Assembly (NCBI GenBank): GCA_002772195.1
Contig: PCSG01000397.1
Coordinates: forward strand, 1-35,320
From: Desulfobacterales bacterium CG23_combo_of_CG06-09_8_20_14_all_51_8
Lineage (GTDB): Bacteria; Desulfobacterota; Desulfobacteria; Desulfobacterales; Desulfosalsimonadaceae
Length of the DNA stretch: 35,320 nucleotides
Direction: 5' to 3'
The position numbers were made by a program, and so were the translations under genes. The notes under the pieces were generated by a model. That model did not search any database, had not been told where the DNA came from, and was given only the letters and a program-made list of their open reading frames with translations. Below are positions 15,576-25,013 of this stretch, piece after piece. The first letter of the stretch is position 1. Every line of letters begins with the position of its first letter.

Positions 15576-16656
15576 CCTCTATATTGATCAGGATGTTCTG
15601 GATTTACCGGCAACCCGCGTCATTTGCGACCGTCTGAAAATGCCCGGTCAGGTGGTGGATTCCGCCGATCCGGTGTATGAAAAATTATCCCGGACCGCCG
15701 CACCGGTGGATCAGGGCAAAAAGATCCTGTTTCTGACCCGTAACAAAGGGGCGTTTCTTCGCCCGTGCCCTGGAACAGACTATTATACCTGCTGCAATTA
15801 CACGATCCTTCACTTCGGGACATTCTGCACCATGGACTGTTCTTATTGCATTCTTCAATCTTATTTTCATCCGCCGGTGCTCCAGTTTTTTGTGAACCAT
15901 AATGATATGGACGCTTCCCTGGATGAGTTTTTTCAGCAAAAAAAACGCGCCCGTATCGGCACCGGTGAATTCACGGACAGCCTGATCTGGGAAGACATTT
16001 ACCCGTTTACCTCGCATTTGATCAAAAAATTCGCCGCGCAAAACCACGCCATCCTGGAAGTGAAAAGCAAAACCGTCGCTATCGACCATTTGCTGACCCT
16101 GCCCCACAACCAAAAAACCATCATGGCTTGGTCCCTCAATACTTCCGACATCGTCAGAACCGAAGAACGGCGCACGGCGTCCCTGGATGCGCGATTGGCG
16201 GCGGCGGCAAAATGCCGGGACCACGGATATCCCCTGGCGTTTCATTTTGACCCCCTGATTATTTATCCGGGAGCGGAAGCTGCGTACCGACTGATCATAG
16301 AAAAACTTTTTGCAACTATCCGTCCGGAAAATATCGTCTGGATCAGTTTGGGGACTTTCCGCTTCATGCCGGACCTGAAAGCCATTATCGAACAGCGGTT
16401 TGATCGTTCAAAAATTATTTACGGGGAATTTGTCCGGGGATTGGACGGGAAAATGCGCTATTTCAAACCCCTGCGCATCCGGTTTTACCAGCAGATTGTT
16501 TCATTTATCCGGGAATTCGCCCCGCATGTGACCCTCTATTTTTGTATGGAAGACGATGAGGTCTGGGAGAAATCATTTGGGTTCGCGCCGCATCAATATG
16601 GGGGCCTGCCCATGATGCTTGATCAAAGCGCGGCCAGGCACTGCGGGCTTCTTTAA
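15562..16656 (+). CDS. Spore-photoproduct-lyase-family radical SAM protein
   Basis: CX3CX2C cluster 'CTMDCSYC' (15826-15849) in the context 'ILHFGTFCTMDCSYCILQSYF', which closely resembles SplB-family proteins. GVTG-style start: the ORF begins with GTG. Confidence 0.82.
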   Translation: MKITDLYIDQDVLDLPATRVICDRLKMPGQVVDSADPVYEKLSRTAAPVDQGKKILFLTRNKGAFLRPCPGTDYYTCCNYTILHFGTFCTMDCSYCILQSYFHPPVLQFFVNHNDMDASLDEFFQQKKRARIGTGEFTDSLIWEDIYPFTSHLIKKFAAQNHAILEVKSKTVAIDHLLTLPHNQKTIMAWSLNTSDIVRTEERRTASLDARLAAAAKCRDHGYPLAFHFDPLIIYPGAEAAYRLIIEKLFATIRPENIVWISLGTFRFMPDLKAIIEQRFDRSKIIYGEFVRGLDGKMRYFKPLRIRFYQQIVSFIREFAPHVTLYFCMEDDEVWEKSFGFAPHQYGGLPMMLDQSAARHCGLL

Positions 16657-16681
16657 AATTTATTCAAGCGTCGATCCGAAT

Positions 16682-17545
16682 TTAACGAACCAATTCCACA
16701 TCCGACTCTGGAACCCAGCAAGTCCTGGCATCCGGCAGTTCCACCCTAAGCCAAGCCCCCCGGTTTTCAAGAAGCACAAATTCGGTTCCTGCATGCAATG
16801 GTTCCTTGAAGCTCTTTTCGTATGACGCGCTGTTGCCTTTTCTAGCGATGACTTCCTGGCTGATAATCACCCCGGGCACTGAATTCCGGAGAGTGATATA
16901 TTCGACGGCTGAAGAACCGGCAAACAGGATGGACAGGGCCGCACTAATGCTGACAATCCATCTGAAAACCGGTCTTTTACTAAAAATACGCAGGGCTGCA
17001 AAAATCCATACCAGGCCGGAGGAAATGGTAAACAGGATGAATCGGATTTTTGCGGATAGATCATAATGCCAGAAGAACACGGTTTTTAAAATTTTTGTTT
17101 CCTGTTTTTCCTCGATCTGGTCCTTTCGGGTGTTTCGTGCAAATTCCAGATTTTTTTGAAGGTTGAGGTCGTTTCCGATATATTGCGCAGCCCGGCGATA
17201 ATTTAAAATCGCTCGGCCGATATCTTTGATTCGAAAATAGATGTTTCCGATATTATAATAGAGTCGTCCGTTTTCAATGCCCCCGTCCTTGATGATCCGC
17301 TCAAGGCGAAGAATAGATTTTTCGTAAAGAGACGTTGCTTGCTGTGGATCGGATAATGCCAGCTTGTTGGCTTCACTAAAAAAACTGTTGGCTTCGTGGA
17401 AAAGCCGGGACAACTCTTCATTGCTGATGGGTTGAGATGATTCTGCCGCTTCAGCACACAAACAAAAATCCGGAAAAAGAAAAAAACGGATTCCCATTAA
17501 GCAAAAAATAAAAAAGAATGTCACTATCCTTTTGAGAGGGCTCAT
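16682..17545 (-). CDS. batE: BatE-like TPR + C-terminal SH3b membrane protein
   Basis: Signal/TM N-terminus, TPR-like repeats 'YYNIGNIYFRIKDIGRAILNYRRA', two TM segments, and an SH3-like tail 'GAWLRVELPDARTCWVPESDVELV'. Last gene of the operon, with a 4-nt overlap with batD. Confidence 0.72.
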   Translation of the reverse strand: MSPLKRIVTFFFIFCLMGIRFFLFPDFCLCAEAAESSQPISNEELSRLFHEANSFFSEANKLALSDPQQATSLYEKSILRLERIIKDGGIENGRLYYNIGNIYFRIKDIGRAILNYRRAAQYIGNDLNLQKNLEFARNTRKDQIEEKQETKILKTVFFWHYDLSAKIRFILFTISSGLVWIFAALRIFSKRPVFRWIVSISAALSILFAGSSAVEYITLRNSVPGVIISQEVIARKGNSASYEKSFKEPLHAGTEFVLLENRGAWLRVELPDARTCWVPESDVELVR

Positions 17546-19431
17546 TTAAATAATTTTTCCAGTTTTTGGGCAACTTCTAATGTTTTTTCAGAAAGGGCGG
17601 AAGCCGCGTATCCTGTTGCGCCGGAATAGCGGCCTGCTTCACACGCCTCGAAAATTGATTTTAGCGATTTAAGCAGTTCTGCGGGCGCCCCTTGTTTACT
17701 GAGCATGTTGCAAACATCACTAAATACAATCGCTTGAGCGGACATTCTCAGTCTGGCTCCCAGATAATGTCTCAGGGCGTCAAATATCCTATCGGTTTTT
17801 GCTGATTCGGATTCGGCAGTTGCGGCTTTTTTAAGATCCTTACGCAGTCCGGCATACGCTTTTTTGGCAAGCGCGGCCAGGGGGTCCGCCTGCTTCCTTC
17901 GGATAATGGTTGTGGTCAAGAGCAGCAGCAGGTAAAGGCCGGGCGGCAACGAAACACTCGCCATCCAGACGGGTGATCGAAGGAGCGAGAAACCGGTTCC
18001 CTGGTTTTGAATAACACTCAGATCTTCATAGTTATAGGCAATTCCCTGTGTCCACGTTTCCACCTCACTGCTGTTTTCCACCGGCAGAATCCTTCCTTCC
18101 GCATCCAGTGCCGTAATGATCCGCGTCTCTTTCACTGTGACGGGAATGGGCTTTGTCCTGGCGATGTTATATCTCCCGGAGCTTGTATCAAAATAGGGGA
18201 GTTCAATGGCGGGGATTTGTGTCACATCCGGACGCAATGCCCGGATGGTCTGGGTAAAAACTTTGGTTTTGCCCCGGGTTTCGCCCGCGGCCTGTTCCTG
18301 AGGAATTTTAAAATCTCTGGTCAAATCCGCCTGATTCGTTAACGGCGGCAGGGTAACATGATCCAGATAATCCGGTCCGCTCAATGTAACTGTTAAGGTG
18401 ATGGGGTCGCCCACATTGACATCGGTCGGCGCCGCATCCGCGGAAATTTGGTATTCACCGACATGGCCGGCAAAATTGGCTGGTTTTCCGATGCCCGGGA
18501 CCTCATTGATGGTCAGGCGAAGCGCATTTGAGGGAACAACCACTTTTTTAAAGACCCCCTGCCGGGTTCTAAAAAAATTATCGTCAAACCCGCCGGAAAA
18601 AAAGTCATCGCCAAAAGGATTGCGGCGCTGGGAACTACGATATCCGGCCAAAATCTCACAGGCCACCGTTGCCGGATCAATCGTCAGATCTCCCGATTTT
18701 TTAGGGATTAAAATTTTTGAAAAGCTGATGGTTGAATATACGGTACCCCCAAGAGATTCTTTTCCTTCTTCTGCAATCACCTCGCCGTCTGAAAGTGGAA
18801 TACGGTAATATTTTTTATCCGGTTTTTGATCGATGTCCGGGTCGATAAAATAAAACCAATCTGTTTTATCCAGCAGCGGAATTATAAAATTAAAGGAGCG
18901 GACATCGGCTCGGAGATACCAGGTAAGCGTGAACGTAACCGGTTCCCCCGCATAGCACTGATCCCGGGACAAGAAGAGTTGAAGCTTGATGTCGTCTGTT
19001 TTTTCAGGTTCCAGAACGTTGATGCTGATTGGACGCGTGCGGAGTGTCTGGCCGTCCGCCTGAACCGGAATTGCGGGAATGGTCAACGTCCCGGTTTGTT
19101 TGGGGGTTAGCTGGTAGGAGAATACATACCCGCGGCTGACGCTTTTCGTCATTTTCCCGTTAATAATAGTAATCGAAGAGCTGTTGTTTTGCGAACCGCC
19201 CTGATATTGAACGAAGAATTCGTTCAGGCAGGACAAATCCGGCGGTTCCGGCTGGTCGCTTCCTGAAACCTGAATCAGGAAAGGAAACGGGTCTCCCACA
19301 TACACGGAATCCGCCTGCACAATCGCATCTGCCTGAAGCGGCTCCGCGAAAGCAGATCCATCAAAGATAAACCATGCCGGAATCAGGAGTATGAGTAAAA
19401 TGATATATCGCGTGGCTTTCACTGCTACCAA
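17542..19431 (-). CDS. batD: BatD-like (oxygen-tolerance family) large exported protein
   Basis: 629 aa. Signal peptide, repeated 'VGDPF/VGDPITLTVT' beta-sandwich segments, and a C-terminal TM plus cytoplasmic tail, as in BatD proteins. Confidence 0.82.
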   Translation of the reverse strand: MVAVKATRYIILLILLIPAWFIFDGSAFAEPLQADAIVQADSVYVGDPFPFLIQVSGSDQPEPPDLSCLNEFFVQYQGGSQNNSSSITIINGKMTKSVSRGYVFSYQLTPKQTGTLTIPAIPVQADGQTLRTRPISINVLEPEKTDDIKLQLFLSRDQCYAGEPVTFTLTWYLRADVRSFNFIIPLLDKTDWFYFIDPDIDQKPDKKYYRIPLSDGEVIAEEGKESLGGTVYSTISFSKILIPKKSGDLTIDPATVACEILAGYRSSQRRNPFGDDFFSGGFDDNFFRTRQGVFKKVVVPSNALRLTINEVPGIGKPANFAGHVGEYQISADAAPTDVNVGDPITLTVTLSGPDYLDHVTLPPLTNQADLTRDFKIPQEQAAGETRGKTKVFTQTIRALRPDVTQIPAIELPYFDTSSGRYNIARTKPIPVTVKETRIITALDAEGRILPVENSSEVETWTQGIAYNYEDLSVIQNQGTGFSLLRSPVWMASVSLPPGLYLLLLLTTTIIRRKQADPLAALAKKAYAGLRKDLKKAATAESESAKTDRIFDALRHYLGARLRMSAQAIVFSDVCNMLSKQGAPAELLKSLKSIFEACEAGRYSGATGYAASALSEKTLEVAQKLEKLFK

Positions 19432-20708
19432 TCCTTGTCAACATTCTTGAAATCACCGGGAGAAAAGAGCGTCCGCTGTTTTTGATTTTCTTTTTCTTCA
19501 TCTAAAATATTGTTAGCATCATCGCTCAGCTGGACAGCCGTCGGCTGCTGGCTTTGATCCGGAGTCTTCTGTTCAGGCGCTTGTGTTTCTTCAGCCGCGG
19601 CTGAAGATTCCTGATTCTGTTCTTTTGGGTCTTTTTGTTGCTGGCCATTTTCCTTGTGTTGCGCCGGATTTCCCTGCTGCTGCTGCTGCTGTTGTTGTTG
19701 CTGTTGCTGTTGCTGTTGTTCTGGTTGTTGCTGACCGCACTGAGGATTTGTCTGACCATTGTTAAGGGCTTCAAGTGCCTTGTTTAAATCATCCAAGGAT
19801 TTTTGCTGATTGTCTGCCGCGGTATGGGTATCATTATCCGCTAAACGCGAAATCGCATTTTCCTGTTCACCCACGGAAGCATCCAGATGCTGTTTTGATG
19901 GATGATCCGGGGCAGGGGGGGCGCCTTTATTGGATGATGCAGCAGAAGAGGCACCGGCAGGCGGTGCGGCCTGTTTCGCCAGTTCTTCCGAAAAATTTTG
20001 AGTTTCGTTTTTTAATTGTTTCTGGGCATCCGCGATGTGCTGATTTTTATCAGTGGAAGCATCCTCCGTCCTTTTTGCCTGTTCACGCTTTATAAGGGAC
20101 TGGCTTTCGTCGAGAAGATTTTTCTGCTTTTCGATGAGGTTTTTTATTGTCGCCGCTGCTTGCTGCATTTTTTCCTGCTGTTTCCGGGCGTCTTCTTCCT
20201 GTTTTTTAATTTCATCCAGCACCGACTTCATCATGAGTCGCACCAGTTCGATGTTTTCTGCCGCTTCTGTAAATTTCGGGTCCAGAGTCAGCGCTTCCTG
20301 AAATGACTGAACACTGGATTCGTATGATTCAAGAGCTTTTTTCAAATCACTGTCTTTCTGGCGATCCCCTTCCCGAAAAAAGCACAATCCCAGGTTGAAC
20401 CTGCTTTTTGCTTCAAGGGCGATGTCCTTTGTTTTGATGGCCGCTTTCTGAAAAGCGTCTCTGGCTGCGGCAAAATCTTCTTTTTTATACAATGCGGCGC
20501 CTTTGTTAAAATAAATCACCGGCGACTCTGGATCATCCACGGCTGCTTCATCATAGGTGCGGATTGCTTCATCAAATTTGCCTGATGCAAACAGGGCATT
20601 TCCCGTTTTTACCAGCTTTTCTTTTGATGCCGCCCATGCCGTATTCATGAAGCCGATGATGCAGACGGCCAGAAATAAACCAACGATGACTTTAAATAAT
20701 TTATTCAT
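19425..20708 (-). CDS. batC: BatC-like TPR protein with a long Gln/Glu/Lys-rich low-complexity C-terminal half
   Basis: Signal/TM N-terminus, TPR repeats 'GNALFASGKFDEAIRTYDEA', 'YFNKGAALYKKEDFAAARDAF', then a coiled-coil and poly-Q region. Confidence 0.8.
   Translation of the reverse strand: MNKLFKVIVGLFLAVCIIGFMNTAWAASKEKLVKTGNALFASGKFDEAIRTYDEAAVDDPESPVIYFNKGAALYKKEDFAAARDAFQKAAIKTKDIALEAKSRFNLGLCFFREGDRQKDSDLKKALESYESSVQSFQEALTLDPKFTEAAENIELVRLMMKSVLDEIKKQEEDARKQQEKMQQAAATIKNLIEKQKNLLDESQSLIKREQAKRTEDASTDKNQHIADAQKQLKNETQNFSEELAKQAAPPAGASSAASSNKGAPPAPDHPSKQHLDASVGEQENAISRLADNDTHTAADNQQKSLDDLNKALEALNNGQTNPQCGQQQPEQQQQQQQQQQQQQQQGNPAQHKENGQQQKDPKEQNQESSAAAEETQAPEQKTPDQSQQPTAVQLSDDANNILDEEKENQKQRTLFSPGDFKNVDKDW
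19674..19733 (-). repeat. CAG/CAA trinucleotide tract (15 consecutive Gln codons, then E-P-QQQ) inside batC
   Basis: The plus strand reads (CTG)6(TTG)3 CTG TTG CTG TTG CTG TTG at 19674-19718, followed by TTC TGG TTG TTG CTG. Confidence 0.9.
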
Positions 20709-21723
20709 TATTTTTGAATACTTTTTTACGTTCGTTTACCAAAAGCTCAATGCAAAGGACTATAAATGCCGCCGCCAGAAATATCTGGAACTTTTCTTCA
20801 AACCGTTTAATCGTATCGGACTCAAGCTCCTTCTTGTCTGCCGTGGCGATCAGCCGGGAATAGACATTTCCCAGATCAATAGCGCCGGTGGCGACATTTA
20901 GATATTTCCCTCCGGGCGTGGCATTGACCATTTTACGCAAAGTATCCGCGTCCAGCCGCGACCAGACTTCTTGACCATTATATTTTAAGAAGGTTTTAAT
21001 GCCGTCCGCATTGGTGACGGGAATCCGTTTTCCTTCATTTTCATCCCCCAGACCGATGGCGATGAGCCTTACACCTTTTTCGCCGACGTCTTTCGCCGCA
21101 TCCACCGGAAAACTGTCGTGGTCCTCGCCGTCCGTGATTAAAATAATATCTTTAAATTCTTTTATCTGGTCGTCAAATACATCTGTCATGACTTTCCGAA
21201 GGGCATCCCCAATGAGCGTGCCGCCGCGGGCGATACTGTCCGTGGATATGTCATTTAACATCATCCGGAAAAATCCGTAATCCAGGGTCAGGGGACATTT
21301 TACCGCGGCGGTGCCGGCAAACGCCACCAGGCCGATCCGATCCCCTTGAAGACTTTCAAGACAGTCTGAAATAGCCAATTTCGCACGCTCCAGGCGGTTG
21401 GGAACAAGATCTTCGGCCAGCATGCTTTTAGATACGTCGAGCAGAAATACCACATCCCGTCCTTTGCGTTCAATGGTTTCCGGTTTCGGATTCCAGGCCG
21501 GCCTTGCCATGCCGATGATGATAAATCCCAAAGACAAAAGGACTGCGGCGGATTTCCAGAATCGTTTGGCATGACTCAGGGATATGGGGATTTTATCCAG
21601 GAGGCCGGCATCAATGAAAAGTCTCAGCGCGAATTTCCGTTTTTGCCAGGCATACACATAGAGGGCCGCCATTAGCGGAATCAGCCATAAAAAATGCAAC
21701 ATATGGACATTTTGAAGTATCAT
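20701..21723 (-). CDS. batB: BatB-like von Willebrand factor A (VWA) membrane protein
   Basis: N-terminal TM 'LHFLWLIPLMAALYVYAW', MIDAS 'FLLDVSKSM', 'ILITDGEDHD', and a C-terminal TM. The start is probably ATG 21723 (4 nt after the batA stop) or 21702 rather than 21771. Confidence 0.85.
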   Translation of the reverse strand: MILQNVHMLHFLWLIPLMAALYVYAWQKRKFALRLFIDAGLLDKIPISLSHAKRFWKSAAVLLSLGFIIIGMARPAWNPKPETIERKGRDVVFLLDVSKSMLAEDLVPNRLERAKLAISDCLESLQGDRIGLVAFAGTAAVKCPLTLDYGFFRMMLNDISTDSIARGGTLIGDALRKVMTDVFDDQIKEFKDIILITDGEDHDSFPVDAAKDVGEKGVRLIAIGLGDENEGKRIPVTNADGIKTFLKYNGQEVWSRLDADTLRKMVNATPGGKYLNVATGAIDLGNVYSRLIATADKKELESDTIKRFEEKFQIFLAAAFIVLCIELLVNERKKVFKNNE

Positions 21724-21727
21724 ATCG

Positions 21728-22786
21728 TTAAGGAATTTTTCTGAAAATAGTATTGGATAATAATATTTCAAGTCCGATCAACATGAGGCCGAGCATTGCA
21801 AAGGGTAAAAACGATTCCTTGTAATCCACAAACTTGATGGATTCGATTTCGCTCGTTTCCATTTGATCGATTTCCTTATAAATTGCGGACAGGGAATCCG
21901 CATCGGTTGCTTCGCGGAAAAAACCGCCTGTTTTTTCCGCAATTTGTTTTAGGGCCATGGTATCGACGCGCTGACTCACGGGAACTTTAAATACCCCGAA
22001 GGGCGTCTGGACAGATTGAACCGATTCTCCGCCGCCCACGGCAATGGCATAGACCTTGATGCCCCACTTTGCCGCCAGATCAGCGGCTTGTAAAGGGTCC
22101 CGTTTGCCGGCATTGTTTTCACCGTCCGACAGAAGAATAATAATTTTGCTTTTGATCTCATAGATTTTTTTGTTCCCGGGCCTTTGTCGCGTCAGAGTCT
22201 CGTCGGCTTTTTCCAGACGCGCGGCCGCCAGCGCCAGAGCATCGCCGATCGCGGTTCCGTCCTCGGAGCGCACCTGCACCAGCTTGATGGTGTCCAGAAA
22301 CGGCGGCAATGCTCCATGGGCGAGGGTCAGGGGGCAAATGGTATCCGGATACCCGGCAAAGGCGATCATGCCGATAAGATCATTGGACCGACCCTTCAGG
22401 TCCTTGCCGTCACCCAGGGCAAAATTTTTAAACACATTTTTGACCACATCCAGCCGGGTCATTTGACGTCCCTCAAATTCCATTTCAGCTCCCATGCTGC
22501 CGGAACGGTCAATGACCATTTCAATGGCAATGCCTTTGCTGACATCAACGATTTGTTCTCTGCCGGTCTGGGGCCTGGCCAGAGCAACGACTAAACATAC
22601 CAGTGCCAGCAATCGGATAACAGCGGGCAACTGGTAAAGCCTGCGGCGGAATGAACTTCCGGCTTTTGCCGCGTTTCCGGTTGATGAAAACCGGATGGCG
22701 CCGCGCTTTAATGTGAAGCGTCGGATCAACGGCAAAGCCGGTATGAGTATCAGCAGTAAAAATGCCCAGGGAGATTCAAAATGCAT
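21728..22786 (-). CDS. batA: BatA-like VWA membrane protein
   Basis: 'MHFESPWAFLLLILIPALPLI' N-terminus, MIDAS 'MVIDRSGSM', 'ILLSDGENNAG', and a C-terminal TM. Confidence 0.85.
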   Translation of the reverse strand: MHFESPWAFLLLILIPALPLIRRFTLKRGAIRFSSTGNAAKAGSSFRRRLYQLPAVIRLLALVCLVVALARPQTGREQIVDVSKGIAIEMVIDRSGSMGAEMEFEGRQMTRLDVVKNVFKNFALGDGKDLKGRSNDLIGMIAFAGYPDTICPLTLAHGALPPFLDTIKLVQVRSEDGTAIGDALALAAARLEKADETLTRQRPGNKKIYEIKSKIIILLSDGENNAGKRDPLQAADLAAKWGIKVYAIAVGGGESVQSVQTPFGVFKVPVSQRVDTMALKQIAEKTGGFFREATDADSLSAIYKEIDQMETSEIESIKFVDYKESFLPFAMLGLMLIGLEILLSNTIFRKIP

Positions 22787-22798
22787 AAGAATGAAACG

Positions 22799-23848
22799 TT
22801 ACTCCTTTTCCTGTGTTCCCAGAATAAAATCTTTGCAGGCATCGAACGTTTTCTGGATATCTTCCCTTTGCGGCTGATGTCTGGCAAATTTGACCAGGTC
22901 GCAATGGGTCAGAAAATTTTTTAAAAGCAGCTTATGAGCAGTGTCAAATTCATTCCGAACCTTAATGCCGGCCAGAAATTCTTCGGTTGTTAATTCCGAA
23001 GCCCGGATATGAAACCGGTTCTCGATATATCGCCGCAGGATGTCGGATATCTTGTGATAAAATTCTTTGATATTTCCTTTTTCCACCAGATTTTCAGATA
23101 CCAGGGCGTTTAATTCATCAAATGCCTGCTGGTGGGCTGGAATTTTCATGATCAGCAGATCGGTTCCATTTTGTTTTCTTTTCCGGATAACAAGAAAAAC
23201 AACGACTCCCGAAATTAATAAAAGCAATGCAATTCCGCCGGTCCAAAACCATAAAGCATAGGATTGCGGCAAATCTTCCGGCGGCTTGATATCGTGGATG
23301 GCCATTTGTGCAAAGTTTTCCGGAAGCAGGGAAGTAACATGCACCGTAATCTCCTCGGTCTCAATCTCATGCCAGGTGCCTTTCGGATCCTTTTTTTCTC
23401 TGAAACGAACCTTCATGGGTGGAATCTTATAGTCACCGGACAGGAAAGGCTCAAGCACGTATGAACGGCTGATCTTTGACCGGTGATCATCGGTCAGCTC
23501 CGGTTGAGAGGTGTGATAGTCCACAATCCCGAATTGTTCCAGTTTTTCACCCAGTCCCGGCAGTTCCACATCATAATCCTCATCGAAAATTACCGAGACT
23601 GTCAGGTTAAGGCGGTCAGCGATCGTGATCTCTGCTTTCTCTGTGTCTAAATGCACACTGACAGGCCCGCGTTCAAAAGTTTTGTGAATGCCTGCGTCCT
23701 TGTCTTTAATCTGGCCCGTCTTATTTTTTTCTTCAGGCGGATTGCATGCGGATAGCCAAACAGCGCTGAGCAGAATTAAAAAAATGCCAAAGGCAAACCG
23801 CTCGTGCGTCGCGCCGGGTATTTTGAATGTATCTGGATAAGGTATCAT
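22799..23848 (-). CDS. Lipoprotein-like membrane protein with a C-terminal DUF4381-like region
   Basis: Lipobox-like 'LLSAVWLSAC', a central TM 'GGIALLLLISGVVVFLVIRKRK' followed by a helical region as in the DUF4381 proteins of Bat operons. The N-terminal ~190-aa extracytoplasmic part is additional. Confidence 0.55.
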   Translation of the reverse strand: MIPYPDTFKIPGATHERFAFGIFLILLSAVWLSACNPPEEKNKTGQIKDKDAGIHKTFERGPVSVHLDTEKAEITIADRLNLTVSVIFDEDYDVELPGLGEKLEQFGIVDYHTSQPELTDDHRSKISRSYVLEPFLSGDYKIPPMKVRFREKKDPKGTWHEIETEEITVHVTSLLPENFAQMAIHDIKPPEDLPQSYALWFWTGGIALLLLISGVVVFLVIRKRKQNGTDLLIMKIPAHQQAFDELNALVSENLVEKGNIKEFYHKISDILRRYIENRFHIRASELTTEEFLAGIKVRNEFDTAHKLLLKNFLTHCDLVKFARHQPQREDIQKTFDACKDFILGTQEKE

Positions 23849-23894
23849 GGGTTATTCAAGCGGGTACTGATGTTCAAGGTCCTGGGACAATGGT

Positions 23895-25013
23895 TTATTT
23901 GATATTTCCGGTCTGTGTGCTTCGGGCTTGCGTTTCAGCCTGCGGAGGAGGCGTATCAAATGCTGACTGATGAATCACCACATCGTACTCATCTTTTAAC
24001 CGGGTCAGAAGCTGTTGCCGGATATCATTCTCCTTTTGTGAACGGAGGGCTTTGTAGACATCATTTTTTACATCTTCAAAGGCCTGTTCTTTATCTTCCT
24101 TCATAAAGGCCTTTTTATTTGCCGCATAATAGGTTTCAAGATCAGACTGGGTGATTTTTATCTGGTCGGAATATTCCTTTTCCAGGGCCATTGAAGCAAG
24201 CAGGCTTCTTTCCTGGTCTTTGAGTAGATCCTGGATTTTTGGATCTTCAGTCAGTTTCGTTTCTCGGGCCATTCTATAAAGGATTTCCTCGCCGATATAC
24301 TGGTTTAAAAACATCATCCGCTTGGCTGGAGTTGTAAATTCCTTGAGCAGCGTCTCTTTTTGTTGATGCCGTTCTTTTTCCGGCAGGTAAGGGGCCATCA
24401 TGCGCATTTGCCGTTCAATGGTGTCTTCCATGCGTCGATCAAGTTCTGAAGCGTTAATTTTGCGAGTCCCGATTTCAGCAACCAGCGTATCGTTTGGCGA
24501 GACTGGCTGCATGGTGACGCGATCCGCAAGTTCATGACGCATGGCTGAAAATTTTCCCATTGATTCAAGGCATTCCTGAATCCGCAGGGCGATTTCGGGA
24601 GCAATGGAATCAATGGTATAAATACTCTCTGACCGGTAATATCCATCCAGAGCCTGTTCGTAATCATCGTTGTCCTGATACAGTTTTCCGATCCGGTACC
24701 AGATTAACGCTGCTTCTTTGTCGTCTAATCCGGCTCGAACCATGTATTCCTTCCATGCACTGGCCGATGAAATGCTCAGGCCGCTTTTTTCAAGCTTTAA
24801 GGCGATTTTTTTTAGTTGTTCGCTATCTGCGGCAACGCCGTCGTAACCGGGGATTTTGGTTCCCTTTGGATTTAATGAAATCCATATATCGGCGCCAACG
24901 CCCAAAAGGATCAGTATCAGAAGTCCTGTCAGCAATGTTGTCTGGCGATGGCCGGGGTCCGCCTGTTTCGCGGGCACTTCGAAATTCAATTTTTTCATGG
25001 TGTCTTCCGGCAT
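23895..25013 (-). CDS. Membrane-anchored protein with a TPR-like segment and a SurA-N/PpiD-like chaperone region (no PPIase domain seen)
   Basis: N-terminal TM 'TTLLTGLLILILLGVGADIWI'. 'VAEIGTRKINASELDRRMED...' and a helical C-terminus resemble SurA_N-type domains. The start codon abuts the DUF58 stop. Confidence 0.55.
   Translation of the reverse strand: MPEDTMKKLNFEVPAKQADPGHRQTTLLTGLLILILLGVGADIWISLNPKGTKIPGYDGVAADSEQLKKIALKLEKSGLSISSASAWKEYMVRAGLDDKEAALIWYRIGKLYQDNDDYEQALDGYYRSESIYTIDSIAPEIALRIQECLESMGKFSAMRHELADRVTMQPVSPNDTLVAEIGTRKINASELDRRMEDTIERQMRMMAPYLPEKERHQQKETLLKEFTTPAKRMMFLNQYIGEEILYRMARETKLTEDPKIQDLLKDQERSLLASMALEKEYSDQIKITQSDLETYYAANKKAFMKEDKEQAFEDVKNDVYKALRSQKENDIRQQLLTRLKDEYDVVIHQSAFDTPPPQAETQARSTQTGNIK

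Noticed and set aside
19526-19774. Alternative-frame ORFs (82 aa minus strand, 60 aa plus strand) across the CAG/CAA tract
   Set aside because: These are poly-Asn/Ser or poly-Ala/Val translations of the same trinucleotide repeat. They are artefacts of repeat periodicity inside batC.
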